Source: an uncultured virus (IMG/VR IMGVR_UViG_3300032298_000389) (taxonomy: Duplodnaviria > Heunggongvirae > Uroviricota > Caudoviricetes). Taken from it: a DNA stretch of 59,979 nt. The notes under the pieces were generated by a model. That model saw only the letters and a list, made by a program, of their open reading frames with translations. It was not told the origin of the DNA and did not search any database. Location of the stretch: the IMG/VR virus record IMGVR_UViG_3300032298_000389, one strand, 5' to 3'. Positions 19,401 through 29,600 of this stretch are shown piece after piece. The position numbers and the translations under genes were made by a program. The first letter of the stretch is position 1. Every line of letters starts with the position of its first letter.

Positions 19401-20691
19401 AAATAAAATCAATACAAGAGAGATTACTGCAAGAACATTTGAAGTAAACAAACTTATCAGTAAAAAATCTGAATTGATTAATAAAAATAAAAGAAGAACT
19501 CGTAGAGGTGGTAATACAGATGATTTAATCTTTGCATTAAACAGACTACCAAATAGATTTCAAAAACAAGTTTCTTCAGGTGAGCCTACAGATAGAGAAG
19601 ATCAAGTTAAAATGATTGCTCAATTGTCTGAATCAGAGTCTGTTACAAGAGAGATTGACCGTATCTTGTTTGAGCATGGAATGCCAAAAGATGTAGAAAA
19701 TATTATTGATGGTAAAGTAGATGATCTTACCTCTGCTAAAAAAAGAAATTTAGATGATTGGGGTATTGAATTAATTATTAAACTTGAAGAATACCAGAGC
19801 AGACTGGCTAATGAACAAAGATCAACTGTTCCTGTAGATAATATTATAGAAGCAGTAAATGAACTACTGAATAATATAGCTACAATAAAATTTAATAAAA
19901 ATGGAAAAATCAGTAAAAAATCAATCAAAGAGTTTGCAAAAGCCCGAGCAAAAGTACAGCAGGGGACAAATGTATCTCCTATTCAGAAGTCTACCGGAGC
20001 AGCAACAGAGGGAGTTCCTGGACAAGCAGTATCAAGAGAAGATCTTACGAAACTCATCCAAGAGTCTAGACAAAGGATCCAAGGTATAGAGATTGGAGAA
20101 ACTCCAGTAGAGGATGAAGATATCCAAGAGATCAGATCTAAGATGGAGGTAGCATTTGAGGATGCAACTTTAGATACAATTGATACTATTTATGCAAATG
20201 CAATAATAGAATTTACATTTGGATCTGATAAGAATTTTAATATTGATATAGGTAATATACTTAATGAAATTTGGCAAGCAAAAAAAGATGCTCTTCAAGA
20301 AGATATGTCATTAGAAAATCTTGATGAAGGTGCCATACTAATTAACAGACAACCTTTCGGTACATTTAAAAAAACAAACGAAGTGTTTACTGTAAAAAAT
20401 GTTGATTCTGAAGCTCAAACTGTAGAATTATTTAATCCAAAAAGAAAGAAAAGTTATACCTTTACTGAGGAAGAAATTAAAAATAATTTTATGAAACCTA
20501 TAGATGAAACAAAACCTATAGAGGAAATAACTGTAACACCTCAGATAAAGGAAAACATTAGATCTACTGAATCTAATATAACAGATTTAGCCAAAAATCC
20601 TGATGCATTAGATCAAATTGAAGAAGAAAGTGAAAATCTTTCCCCTGAAGAAAGATTGGATAAAATAAAAAATATTTTTAATCAGTGTTAA
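13450..20691 (+). CDS. Giant virion ejection protein (2413 aa) with Gly-rich membrane-type segments and a PD-(D/E)xK (RecB-like) nuclease domain
   Basis: GLTGAAGPAGGLVGAGFGLG and FLSGFLMGSLL in the N-terminal part; SGTNLD...GVTGELDLLLIDTDGNLAIVDIK...YFRAQQSIY at about 18180-18670; long acidic coiled regions. It is adjacent to the virion RNAP, as in crAss-like phages. Confidence 0.75.
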   Translation: MAENSQNSNPTPMDDFLAQSDALNPARIEQPGPIPFNFNEPKPVINPIYPTKDYGTGASPNYYPSQVKDNSPNNPQQSIDTLFNETMNKINGAQDTNNYGYAFGYDSSPKGTFRDRIKGYGQETFNKIGFSPLIDNEAWFNSKTTFSDDLSRWWNHSAWPMMSKGFMDPIKSYASVISGDGLFNADEQSARDYEYYNAIGQSSKGGLGGFTVNLFNSASYSMGILTEGVVESVLIEGLTGAAGPAGGLVGAGFGLGKFMNKLSQVPKGLYNTAKGTIKLAETMKDYSQLSKAKGLFKTASANFGNFLNPASNTTRALFGQNINNINDLARASKTAGAFWHDMMVMNLALSEGKLEGGFTKYQTYDRLYNEYVADPKNKGQAPSLEEQENMMKEATKASFWNTLNNTALIFYSNKLVFPSLTNASFLKGAPKFGFGTVLGDINKEYQLVFNPGKNIAKSTFSKEKIGLVNAIKSLGRPATYGKVGLNYFKANVVEGVQESLQDVLQEATQNYYVNTYKNNAAKNFFYGAGLVGDAINKQFSAQGAETFLSGFLMGSLLQAPSKIKSYMTMGYNDYFKKDAKYKTYMEEREAAANEVVEHMNTMWENSHYLFDPRMTNYATQALLYDTVANPEETTTKQIHDDKFAAFQTAVISSLQRGTFDMFIKHYENYKQATPQDIEEAWHLKPGQGAKALQNFGESLENAKKIAYRWGEAKDNFTKYQADLNNYEKDSYQYKMAEIYNQAFSQSLFNYVFLQGAFDDTSARIGKLYNKLAQLSTIKNSNFADFAGFTDPGRLQREIEMMKTDIETLEQSGVPMAAEDLERKRKVLSLYTDFQEKQHTILNTYIAKQKLTALTEKLLEDNPDLTREQLNLKVIDNLLKKYENGEVTEFDEYKTSFKNLLFGLAKTEEEKLQLQQEINSIKGGIDTLFDDLLDTHILKNEKNELAPLINILSNPNDFYDHLLRNFQWMKNLYHNKRNLIKDIVNSEISNIERNTLLNELADQKIFVDLDEFAKWIENPMYRPEGFIDVANNAYIPKGSLLYDKYYKIFERAAQLESTKPAGEPVPDAEVLQDIIDDLTKDRDKRLDLAKQKFDQALKDKYDATELELRKLAEEALNSVGEDLESEQAKLDIYKEWLSDLESLTGIEKAAAGLVNADIIDNQELLDATDALFDNPDLTDTIIELRNKIMKANPEMDADNAIRNAGFYLSTKPLIEDLIKEQEDLVKNIKTPDFINVEETPEWEQYQKELTDINDEYEAQVKEAKLDFVESGGNPTDVREYSIEDQFEDYPEDLQEELNGVFDDFLTTRTNEPNTLKQDDPGRYNTLRERWMENDPVAQDILDKYNEKSKQEAIKNATVGLTPPKLLFGDAVIEPGTPLTNITDLYDAYEKAIQTKELETETGKIKLSADDIKAIKEDMKAIAAYIDSKEKAFRLKPIAQEVIERIENTIFNRQNELVLSVDEEGFESRRFRDSKPEDPRPERATEVASLMEQEIEDKAPFVFNKLEDNSIQNLFREIVLDNPIGSLEERVDAFLASLRNYEQFKSDTKIAGIKESLMLDQSIENLEDVISKYAFKESSDSGTNLDAIIRQFLTLDPRGGFVQVNYDSVINVRGTEKKVSEMMSKEAFDFMFHPVTGSATRFRRNMIDGGYQLFTNDVKVFDRNARDGRGVTGELDLLLIDTDGNLAIVDIKAAQEKTWNNLGVPNVISKKTGKEILDENGQPIKNRGNKKTYFRAQQSIYRNSIYNMSGLDAGILLYPIEMVVTKDGFITKLSKPTADLTKFNTLSENGMFIVLEPIDDAIMQKFGFNRTGPTDTVELSQMGEEEAPIKAGSIPISDPEKTTLNDFVNQDVIYQGKLGKLVVNLDGGFSVEVSEDGKIVQYDVNVSGKNTKDGTMNIVKAGLSPITAAELTGQVTQIAGQTINARFLDKSERTAEINGVTYTINRDATGAIISLTYNTNDKAIAETQKEIDELNKEINDLKKEPKNKINTREITARTFEVNKLISKKSELINKNKRRTRRGGNTDDLIFALNRLPNRFQKQVSSGEPTDREDQVKMIAQLSESESVTREIDRILFEHGMPKDVENIIDGKVDDLTSAKKRNLDDWGIELIIKLEEYQSRLANEQRSTVPVDNIIEAVNELLNNIATIKFNKNGKISKKSIKEFAKARAKVQQGTNVSPIQKSTGAATEGVPGQAVSREDLTKLIQESRQRIQGIEIGETPVEDEDIQEIRSKMEVAFEDATLDTIDTIYANAIIEFTFGSDKNFNIDIGNILNEIWQAKKDALQEDMSLENLDEGAILINRQPFGTFKKTNEVFTVKNVDSEAQTVELFNPKRKKSYTFTEEEIKNNFMKPIDETKPIEEITVTPQIKENIRSTESNITDLAKNPDALDQIEEESENLSPEERLDKIKNIFNQC
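19901..20089 (+). CDS. Candidate overprinted small gene (62 aa, +1 frame inside the 2413-aa gene)
   Basis: A-rich start context (ACAATAAAATTTAATAAAA-ATG), and the host frame shifts to atypical codons over this interval. Confidence 0.45.
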   Translation: MEKSVKNQSKSLQKPEQKYSRGQMYLLFRSLPEQQQREFLDKQYQEKILRNSSKSLDKGSKV

Positions 20692-20692
20692 A

Positions 20693-23600
20693 ATGGCTTG
20701 TGAATTAAATGTAGATGCTGTAAAGTACGTATATGGTTATGTATATGGAGAAATATCAGATAGAGAATCTGGTAAAAATAAAAATCCTCTTGACATAAAA
20801 GTCATGATGAAAGACTTCTATAATTATCTTAATAGTTTACCTAATGATGGATTTGAGTCAGAAGAGGATAAAAAAGAAAAAGCATTATATTTTGCTCAAT
20901 CAATACCACAAATTCTAGGACTGGTAGCAGCAAGACCAAAAGCAAGAGATTACATTCTTAAAACAAATACACAACTTTTTATAGACATCCCAACACTTGC
21001 TAGTGAATACTCTGATATAAAAAAGGTTGAAGTATTAGTTAAGCCTACTATTAAAACCAGAAAGACTGCTAAGAAAGAAGTTATTGAAGCCTTAGAAGAA
21101 AAATCTGTACCAAAGGAAGATGAAACTAAAAAATACTCATATGCTGAGTATGCCTCAAAAGTAATATATCCTAACGGAACTAGTGGTCAAGAAGCAGTTC
21201 CTATTGATCCTGAGACAGGTTTACCAAAAAATGAAAAAGATCCAGAAAAAGGATTATTTTATGAAGTCATAAAAGACATTGTATACATTGTAAAAAGTAC
21301 TACCAATGATGAGGTCTTATATGGAGAAGATGAATCTGTATCATTAGCACTAACATTAATGCCAGTATCAAAAGCTGATCCTGCTATGTTTACATCTAAA
21401 GACAAAATAGATCAAAAAACATATGGTGTTAGAGGTATAGTTGCAATTATTACTGATACTGCAGGAAATGAAGTATACTTTAATGATGATGGTAGTATTA
21501 ACAGAGATGGTAATGGTCGTAGAATTTATCAGTTTGTAAGAAAACCATATGTTGAAAATGGTAAATTATTTTTTCTTAATAAATACAATAAAAAAACATC
21601 ATTAGTTCCAGCAGAAGAAGTAGCAGAAAACTGGGCTAAACAAAAAAGAGCACAAAAGATTTACCCTAAAAAAGAAGAAATAGCTGCTAAAGTAGTAGAG
21701 ATTAGAAACAAACAAACTAAACTGTTTAATGACTTACTTAGACTTAGAGAATATATTGAAAGTACTGAGGAAGCTGTAACTGTAAAAATTACTGATGGTA
21801 GTTTTGGAATGTCTAATGATACTAAAAAGTTTTACCCTATTCAAGAAACTGGACTTGGTGTAGAAGATTTAGATTTTAAACCATTAGGTGATGATTATCC
21901 AGGTAGATGGGGTGTTGTAATTAATAAAACCAGACCAGGTGTAACAGTAGATCAACTGCTTTTATTACAAAGAAGTAATATATCTGATGACCTAGCTGGT
22001 CATATTGCAGATATACTAACTACAAAAGCTAAACTTAAAGGTAGAGAACTTACACCTCAACAAAGAAGAGAGTTTTTTGAAAACTTTATAAATAATGATT
22101 TTGAAGAAGGTGAAATTACTAGTCCAGATAAGATACAAGTAAAAGAAAGTGTAGATGAAAATGGTCAAGCTATTTTAAATGTTAGTATTAATGGTGAAGA
22201 ACCTATTCCTCAAAATGTTTTATATACTGAAAAGGGTAGAAAATTAATATTTGATCATTTAAAAACTGCTAAAACTGACTGGGAGTTATATGAAAAACAA
22301 ACAGCTAAAGAAAAAACAACTTATAGTGCTGCATTAAATTATGTCAATACTTTGATGGGTCGTAGTTTTACTGATTATATACTTGATAAGTCTACAAATA
22401 AACTTGCTGAAGTAGAAGAAGATTACTTTGAGTTTATTAAAGATAAAATGCTTATACAGTATCCTGCAGATACTGCTGCATACTTCTCTGGTATGAATGC
22501 CTATTTGAATTTTGGAATACCTCAAAATATTATACCTGCTAATGAACAAGTTTATGAGTTAGGTGAACCTGCTTCAAATAAAGAAGATAATGCACCTGTA
22601 AAAAAAGCTCAGAATTCTGAACCTAATGCCAAAGTAAGAAATGTTACTAAATATCAAAAGGCAAAAGATTTATATAATGAAGGTAAGGGTACTTGGGGAA
22701 TGAGACCAGCAACAGGATTAGAACCTCTTGTTCCATTTGCTGAACATGTAGGAAATCCTTGGTCAACACAAAAAGATGCATTGAATAAAAATGTTCTTAT
22801 TGTTAAAGATGTGGCAACTGCTGTAAAGAATTATGAAGATTGGTTAACTGGAAAGAAGTTTAAAACAGTAGAACAAAAAAGAAGAAAGTTTATATTAGAT
22901 GCAATTGAAAAAGGTTGGTTTAATAATACAACTTTTATCTATTATAAACCTGTTGGAAAAAGCTACAGATCACATGTTGATGTACTTGTTGATATGATCA
23001 ACAAAAGAAACAGAGTTGAAAGTGCTGATATTATTATTAATGAACCTATAGAGCAACCAAAACCAGCTCCTAAAAAACAAGCTGTAGCTGTTAAAGCTAC
23101 AGTAAGTAGTATTCTAAATAATAAAAATAGAAAGCAGTATTTAAAAAGAGATGTAAAACTTAATAGTTTTTTTGAAAAAATATTTACTACTAAAAAAGCA
23201 AGAGATAAAGCTTTTGATTGGTGGGAACAGTCTTTTATATCTCAGACTAAAATAAATGGTGAAGCACCAATATCATTACAAAGACTTACAGAAATTGCTA
23301 ACTCTGATGCTGTTGCTACATTTGATAAGTCAGGTATTACTTTATATAAGGGTAGTACTAATATTGATATCTATCATGAAGCATGGCATGCATTCTCTCA
23401 ATTATTCTTAACTCCTGAAGAACAAGAATCATTATATGAAGATGTATTAAAAACTCCAAAATATACAAATAAAAATTATGCTACAAAAGAAGAAGCATAC
23501 TCTGATATAGAAGAAGACATAGCAGAAGATTTCAGATCATTTATGAAGTCTGAAAAATTCAAAGAATCTCTACCTAAATTTTTGAGAACTATATTTGAAA

Positions 23601-26600
23601 GAATCGGAGCATTCTTAAGATGGGCCTATGGTAAAGTTACTAGACAAGATATGACTCGTCCTAGGGATATTCCTAGAGTAAGAGAAATGTTTGAAGTACT
23701 TAGAACTAACAAACCAGAGGAAGCAATTAAAAAAGGTCTATTCCAAAGTTTAAATGCTACTACTCAAAACATGAGTTTTACAAAATTAAACAGAGGTAAG
23801 AGAACAATACAGCCTATTAAAGCTAACAAAAATATTAATGAGTTTACTCCTGAAGAGACTATGCAGATTATGAATACCATGGATGGCATGGCTGCATTAG
23901 CATTTCAGGATTATAACTTAGATCATAATAGTACTGTAGGGTATATCAGAATCAGTGAAGTTCCTCAGAATAGAATTCAAATGTATGAGGATATGAAAGA
24001 TAATTTTTATGGTGCTCTTACATATTATGTAGAACAGTTAGAAGAAATAACTCTTAAAAATGTAAATGCTGATGAAATTACTCCAGAAGATGCAGCTGAA
24101 GAAAAAAAATTAACTGATATGGTTGATTTTATTAAAAGAGTAGTTGACAATTTTGGAGACATAAAACTATCCCTAGATAAAAAACAACAAACTGGTGTTA
24201 TAGCACACCACATGAAAAAGTCTAGGTTTACAATGTTAAAAGAAAGTTATAATGAAATAGAAGATACTACATCTATTGAGGCAATGCAAATGCTAAAAGA
24301 TGCAAGTGGAAATATACTTTCTTCAAAACAAGTAGCTAGTGAAGAAACACTTATGCTTTTATCAGGTTTATTCAAACCAGAAAGAGGTTCTGATGGAAGA
24401 GTGGTAAGAGATGAAGATGGTGCAATTGTATATAAAAGAGATATGTTTGGTATTCCAGAACTTGAAAAAGTTGATGATGTATGGAATAAACTTGCTAAAA
24501 TTCTAGAAGGATCTTATGATGTTGTTGAAATGCATCAAAGAATTTTAGACAGCATGGGGAACTATCCAGAACTTGAACAACTACTAAATCTCCTACCTCA
24601 GTTAGCACATACTGATATAGAAAGTAATGGGTACAGAATGCCTACAGAATTTAGAGCAGAAACTAACTTCTGGCAAGATCTTAAGAAACCTAGAATCAGA
24701 TATATACAATTAAATATTGATAAAGAAGCAGATGATAAATTTACTGCTAAATTATCTAAAGCTAGTATGGATGTATATGCTGTTACTAGTGAATGGGAAT
24801 ATAATTTTGCAGTAGCTAATCCAAGTGTTAATGATTTTATAGAACAAGAGGGAGGTAATAACTTACTGAATCTTGATAAAATAATAAATAGATTTGGTAA
24901 AAAATCTGCTATGAGTGCTAAAGATTCTATTGAATTTTTAAAAGCACTTGGTATAGAATTAGACTTATCTAGTTCTACAATCAGAAATATGGTATTTGAT
25001 CCAAAAGTAAACTTTGCACTTGATAATGGATTAAATAAAATGTTAGATGCAATGAAGGTAGTTCAATCTTCAACTAATGAACCTTTGAAAGATGAGTTTA
25101 GAAGAAACCCATTAAAAATGTTACGTGAAGGTCTACCTGTAGATTTACGAAAAGATAAAGAAAAAAGTTTAGATGTACAAGCTAGAATAAGATTATTGGC
25201 AGAAATTCAAAATGAATTCTCAGATAGATTCTCTAACTTTAGTGTACTTAATGCAGAAAGAAATAGAGTATGGGAACACTTTGTAGATAATACAATTACT
25301 CGTGTTATTACTTCTATAAACAAAGCTGAGACATATCAAGAGCTGACTCAATCAGAAGATTTTAAACACATGCATTGGTTAGCTAAAAAGAATAATACAT
25401 TAGCACCTTTTTCTCAACTTCTAAATAGTGTATTCTATATGAAGTTTGATCCTAGAAAACCAGAACAATATGGTACTAAAAGAAAAGATGCTAAACTACT
25501 TCTTCAGAATATTACAGGTACTCAGTTTATAACTAAAAACATTAATGAAACTACAGGAAGCAACACATCTTCTATGGATGCTGTAGGGAAGTTTCTTCAA
25601 GAGTACCATACTATGCTAATGAATGGTGTTGAAGAGTTCATGAGACATGCTTCTAAGAATATGGCAATGGGTCTTACTGTAGATAGAGATACTGAAATAA
25701 AGAGTTATTCTGGTAAAAAAAATAAAAAACTTTATATTGATATTGATGCATTTGAACCTGGTAGAGATGGAGAACTAAGAGGTGCTCAAATCATGTTAGG
25801 TTACTTATCAGGTGAAGCAAATAGAATCTTTAGATTTAAAAATAATATAAATAAGTTTAAAAATTATGCTGGTTATAACAGAGAGGTAAAAGATAAACTT
25901 GGTAGAACTGTTATGGCCGGTGAGGCATTTACATTATTTGATGATATTCTTACAAAACCAAATCAAGAAGTATTATATGATATTATTCAGTCTGCTATTG
26001 ATAATAATCAACCAGCTTTTAATATGGCAGATATTTTAGATGATAATCCTGATTTAAGAGATGGTATTGAAATGGATATCATAAAATATTTTAACTTACT
26101 TACTAAAGAAAATTTAGATAGACTTAATGAAAATAAATATGTTGATTCTAAATTATCATCTGAATACATTAAAAAAGGTGTAGTTGATACTAAAGAAGAT
26201 GCAATTAACATGCTTACTAAAGCATACAGTTATAATTCTTTTATTCATAAGTATGAGACAGTAATTCTTGCATATGGTGACTTAGCACAATATAATCATG
26301 CTAAAGAAGAGTTCCATAAAAGAAATGCTGGTTTAGGTTCTGGTGGTAAAGGATTTAGAGCTGATCAATGGGCACAACAATTTATAAATACTGAATTATC
26401 TAAAGATTATATTGACAATTTAAATCAAACAAGATCTGATAAAAATAAATTAGTTGCAAGAAAGTATGATGGTACATTCAATACGGCCATCATGAAAGAA
26501 CTTAAAATGAACTCAGAATACTATAATGAGTATCTTGCTGAGTTAACTAAAGTTTATACTGAAAGATATGGTGATTCTGTTAAAGCTAAACAACTTGCAG

Positions 26601-29600
26601 AGAAAGTATTAAAAGAATACAAAAACATGAAGGTGGCTGATGGTCAAGGTTATTTGACTATTGAAGCATATAGAAATCTTAAATGGTTAGAAGGAAATTG
26701 GAGTGATGAACAAGAGGCTCTGTATAAAAAAATCTCTAATGGAGAAAATATAAGTATAGAAGATGCAATACAGTTTTTCCCTCCATATAAACTTCAGTAT
26801 TTTGGTAATATAAAATCTGAAGGTCTTCCTGTAAACTCATTCCATAAGTTTTCACTAGCTCCATTAATTCCTGGAGTAGCAAAAGAAGGTACACAGTTAT
26901 ATGATCTACATCTTAAAATGATGGAACAACAAATAGATTATGTAACATTTGAGACCGGATCTAAAGTTGCTCATATAGGAAGTGGAGATGAAGTATTTAA
27001 TGAAGATGGTACATTTAATAACAATGTTACATTTACTCCAAATGTTATTTATGCTGAATACTTAAAGAATCAGACAGAAATTAATTCATCCTACAAAGGT
27101 GTCTCAATATTTTCTACTCAGTTAAGAAAGATGATTCTAGAAGGTCTCTATGAAAATGGAGAGATTAAATCTAAAGATAAAGAGTTTGTTAAAGGTAGAG
27201 CTGAAGACTACATTAGAAAAGTAGAATTTTTAACTAACATACACAAACTTCAATTACTAGATGAAATAGGGTATGAGGAAGTTGATGGTGAATTTATTCC
27301 TACAAGTAATGCTAGTACAGAAAAAATAGCAAACATGATAAGAACTAACTTAGAAAAAGATGACCTTCTAAGTGATGATCTTATTGATTTTATTGATGTA
27401 TACGAAAAAGATAATACTCTTGTTAATGATTTATCATTTCATCCAGAGTCTGCTAAAATTGAAAAACTTCTTTTATCAATAATCAATAAAAAGGTTATTA
27501 AACAAAAAGTAAAAGGAGAAGCTTTAGTACAAATGTCTTCTGCATTTTTTAATAATTATTCATCCATTCCCGCAGAACTTACAACAGGGAATAAAAAACA
27601 AAGAGACGAAATAATTAAAAAATATGTAGGTACTAATTTTTTACCTACATATCATAAAAAAGCAAATGGATTTACTGCAGCAATGAAAGTAATGATTTCT
27701 ATGCAAGGAGATTATTTGAAATTATTTAATCTAGAATATTCAAATGATGAAACTATAGGAGTTTATTTTGATAATGGTGATCTTGATATGAATGCATCAT
27801 TAGAAAGATTAAATGAAAAAATTAAAGATGATGAATGGTTAGATGCAAATAATGAAGCTAACAGAAAAGCAATAACAATGATGGGTGTTAGGATTCCTGT
27901 TCAGGGTCTAAACTCTATGGAATTTATGGAAGTTTATCATTTCTTACCTCCACAAGCAGGTAACATTGTTATACCTCCAGCAGAAATTGTTGCTAAATCA
28001 GGAGCTGACTACGATATTGATAAACTTACAATTTTCATGACTAACTTAAATGAAAGTGGTAATGTTAAAAAACCTGAGTATAATACTTATAAAGATTTTA
28101 AAAATCAATATGACTTTATGAAATCTACAGGTTTATCTACTGGTCAAATTGAAATGTTCTTTGAACAACAAAAAGCTGGTGTTGAAAATGAACTTATACA
28201 AAGCATGAAGAACATTCTTGAACTTCCTGATAACTATGCTTCATTAATTACTCCAAACAGTAACTATATATTAGAACCAATTGCTGAAGAATTATCTAAG
28301 TATGTAATGGAGTATGATCCATTTGCAAATAAAATGACTGAAGAAAATGTTAATACTGATGGTAAAAAAATTATTAGTCCTACAAGAATACTAGAATCTT
28401 TATACAATGTATATAAGCATGAATCAAATATTGTAGGTAAAAGAACTTTAGGTTTAGGTGCAATTGAAAATACATTTAATGTAATCTTTAATTCACTTGG
28501 TGCTTATATGCCAAATGAATACACTCATACTGTAGGTAAAGATAATCAAGAGAGAACAGCACACTTATGGTTAAAACATCATAAACTTAATGTAGATGGT
28601 AAAGAACATATTTCTATATCAAACATGTTTGATGTCAATAATGAATATAAAGTAGCTGATGTACTTGCTCAAATGATTAATGGATGGGTAGACGTTGAAA
28701 AAGATCCTTGGATTTTCTTTATCCAGGGTAATTATGAGACGGCTCCAATATTACTTTATCTACTGAAGACAGGAGTACCTGTTAATGAAGCAGTCTATTT
28801 TGTATCTAATCCATTGACAATAGAGTATATAAAAGAAAAAAATCTAGGTCAATCTACATTTGCTGAATTATTGGGTAAAAAACCTGAATACAAAGCTAAA
28901 CTTGCTCAAGAAGCAGCTGGTAGAGTAATTAGAAAATATTTCAATCGTAATGAATTGAAAATGGATAGTAGTCAATTTGATAGATACACTAAAGGTGTTG
29001 AGATGGCTGAAGACTATTTAGAAGATAGACAAGAAAAAACATTTACCAAAGATGAGATGCTTGGTCTAATTAAAAACTTTAAACAGAATAATGGTAAATT
29101 AACTGAAAAAGAAACTGACTTAGCAAAAACAATGTTTTTACATTTCTTAGAAATTGAACAACAAATTACTGGTCTTACAGCATTAAAACTTTCTTCTAAT
29201 CCTGATACAGCAACAAGATCAACTGCATCTGAAATAGAGTTAAGTGAAGCTAGTATAGATCAACTATCAAGTGAAACTAAGATACCAAAAGAATTACTTA
29301 CTAAAATGCTTAATGACTCAGTTATTAGTTCATTCTTTAATGGGCCATTATCCTTAGCAGTTATTAGACCTTTATTTAAATTAAAGTATAACAAGCATAT
29401 TAGTAATTATATTGTAGAAAATGCTAAACTATTTAGAAGTACTTCAAGTAAATTATTAGGAGAACGTAAAGTAGATACATTTATTACAATGTTCCGTAAT
29501 GACTTAATTAATATGATCTTCCAGAATGCTATTAGAAAATACAAAATGGATGATTCTTATATGTCTTATACTATTAAAAAAGAAATACCAACAGCATTAG

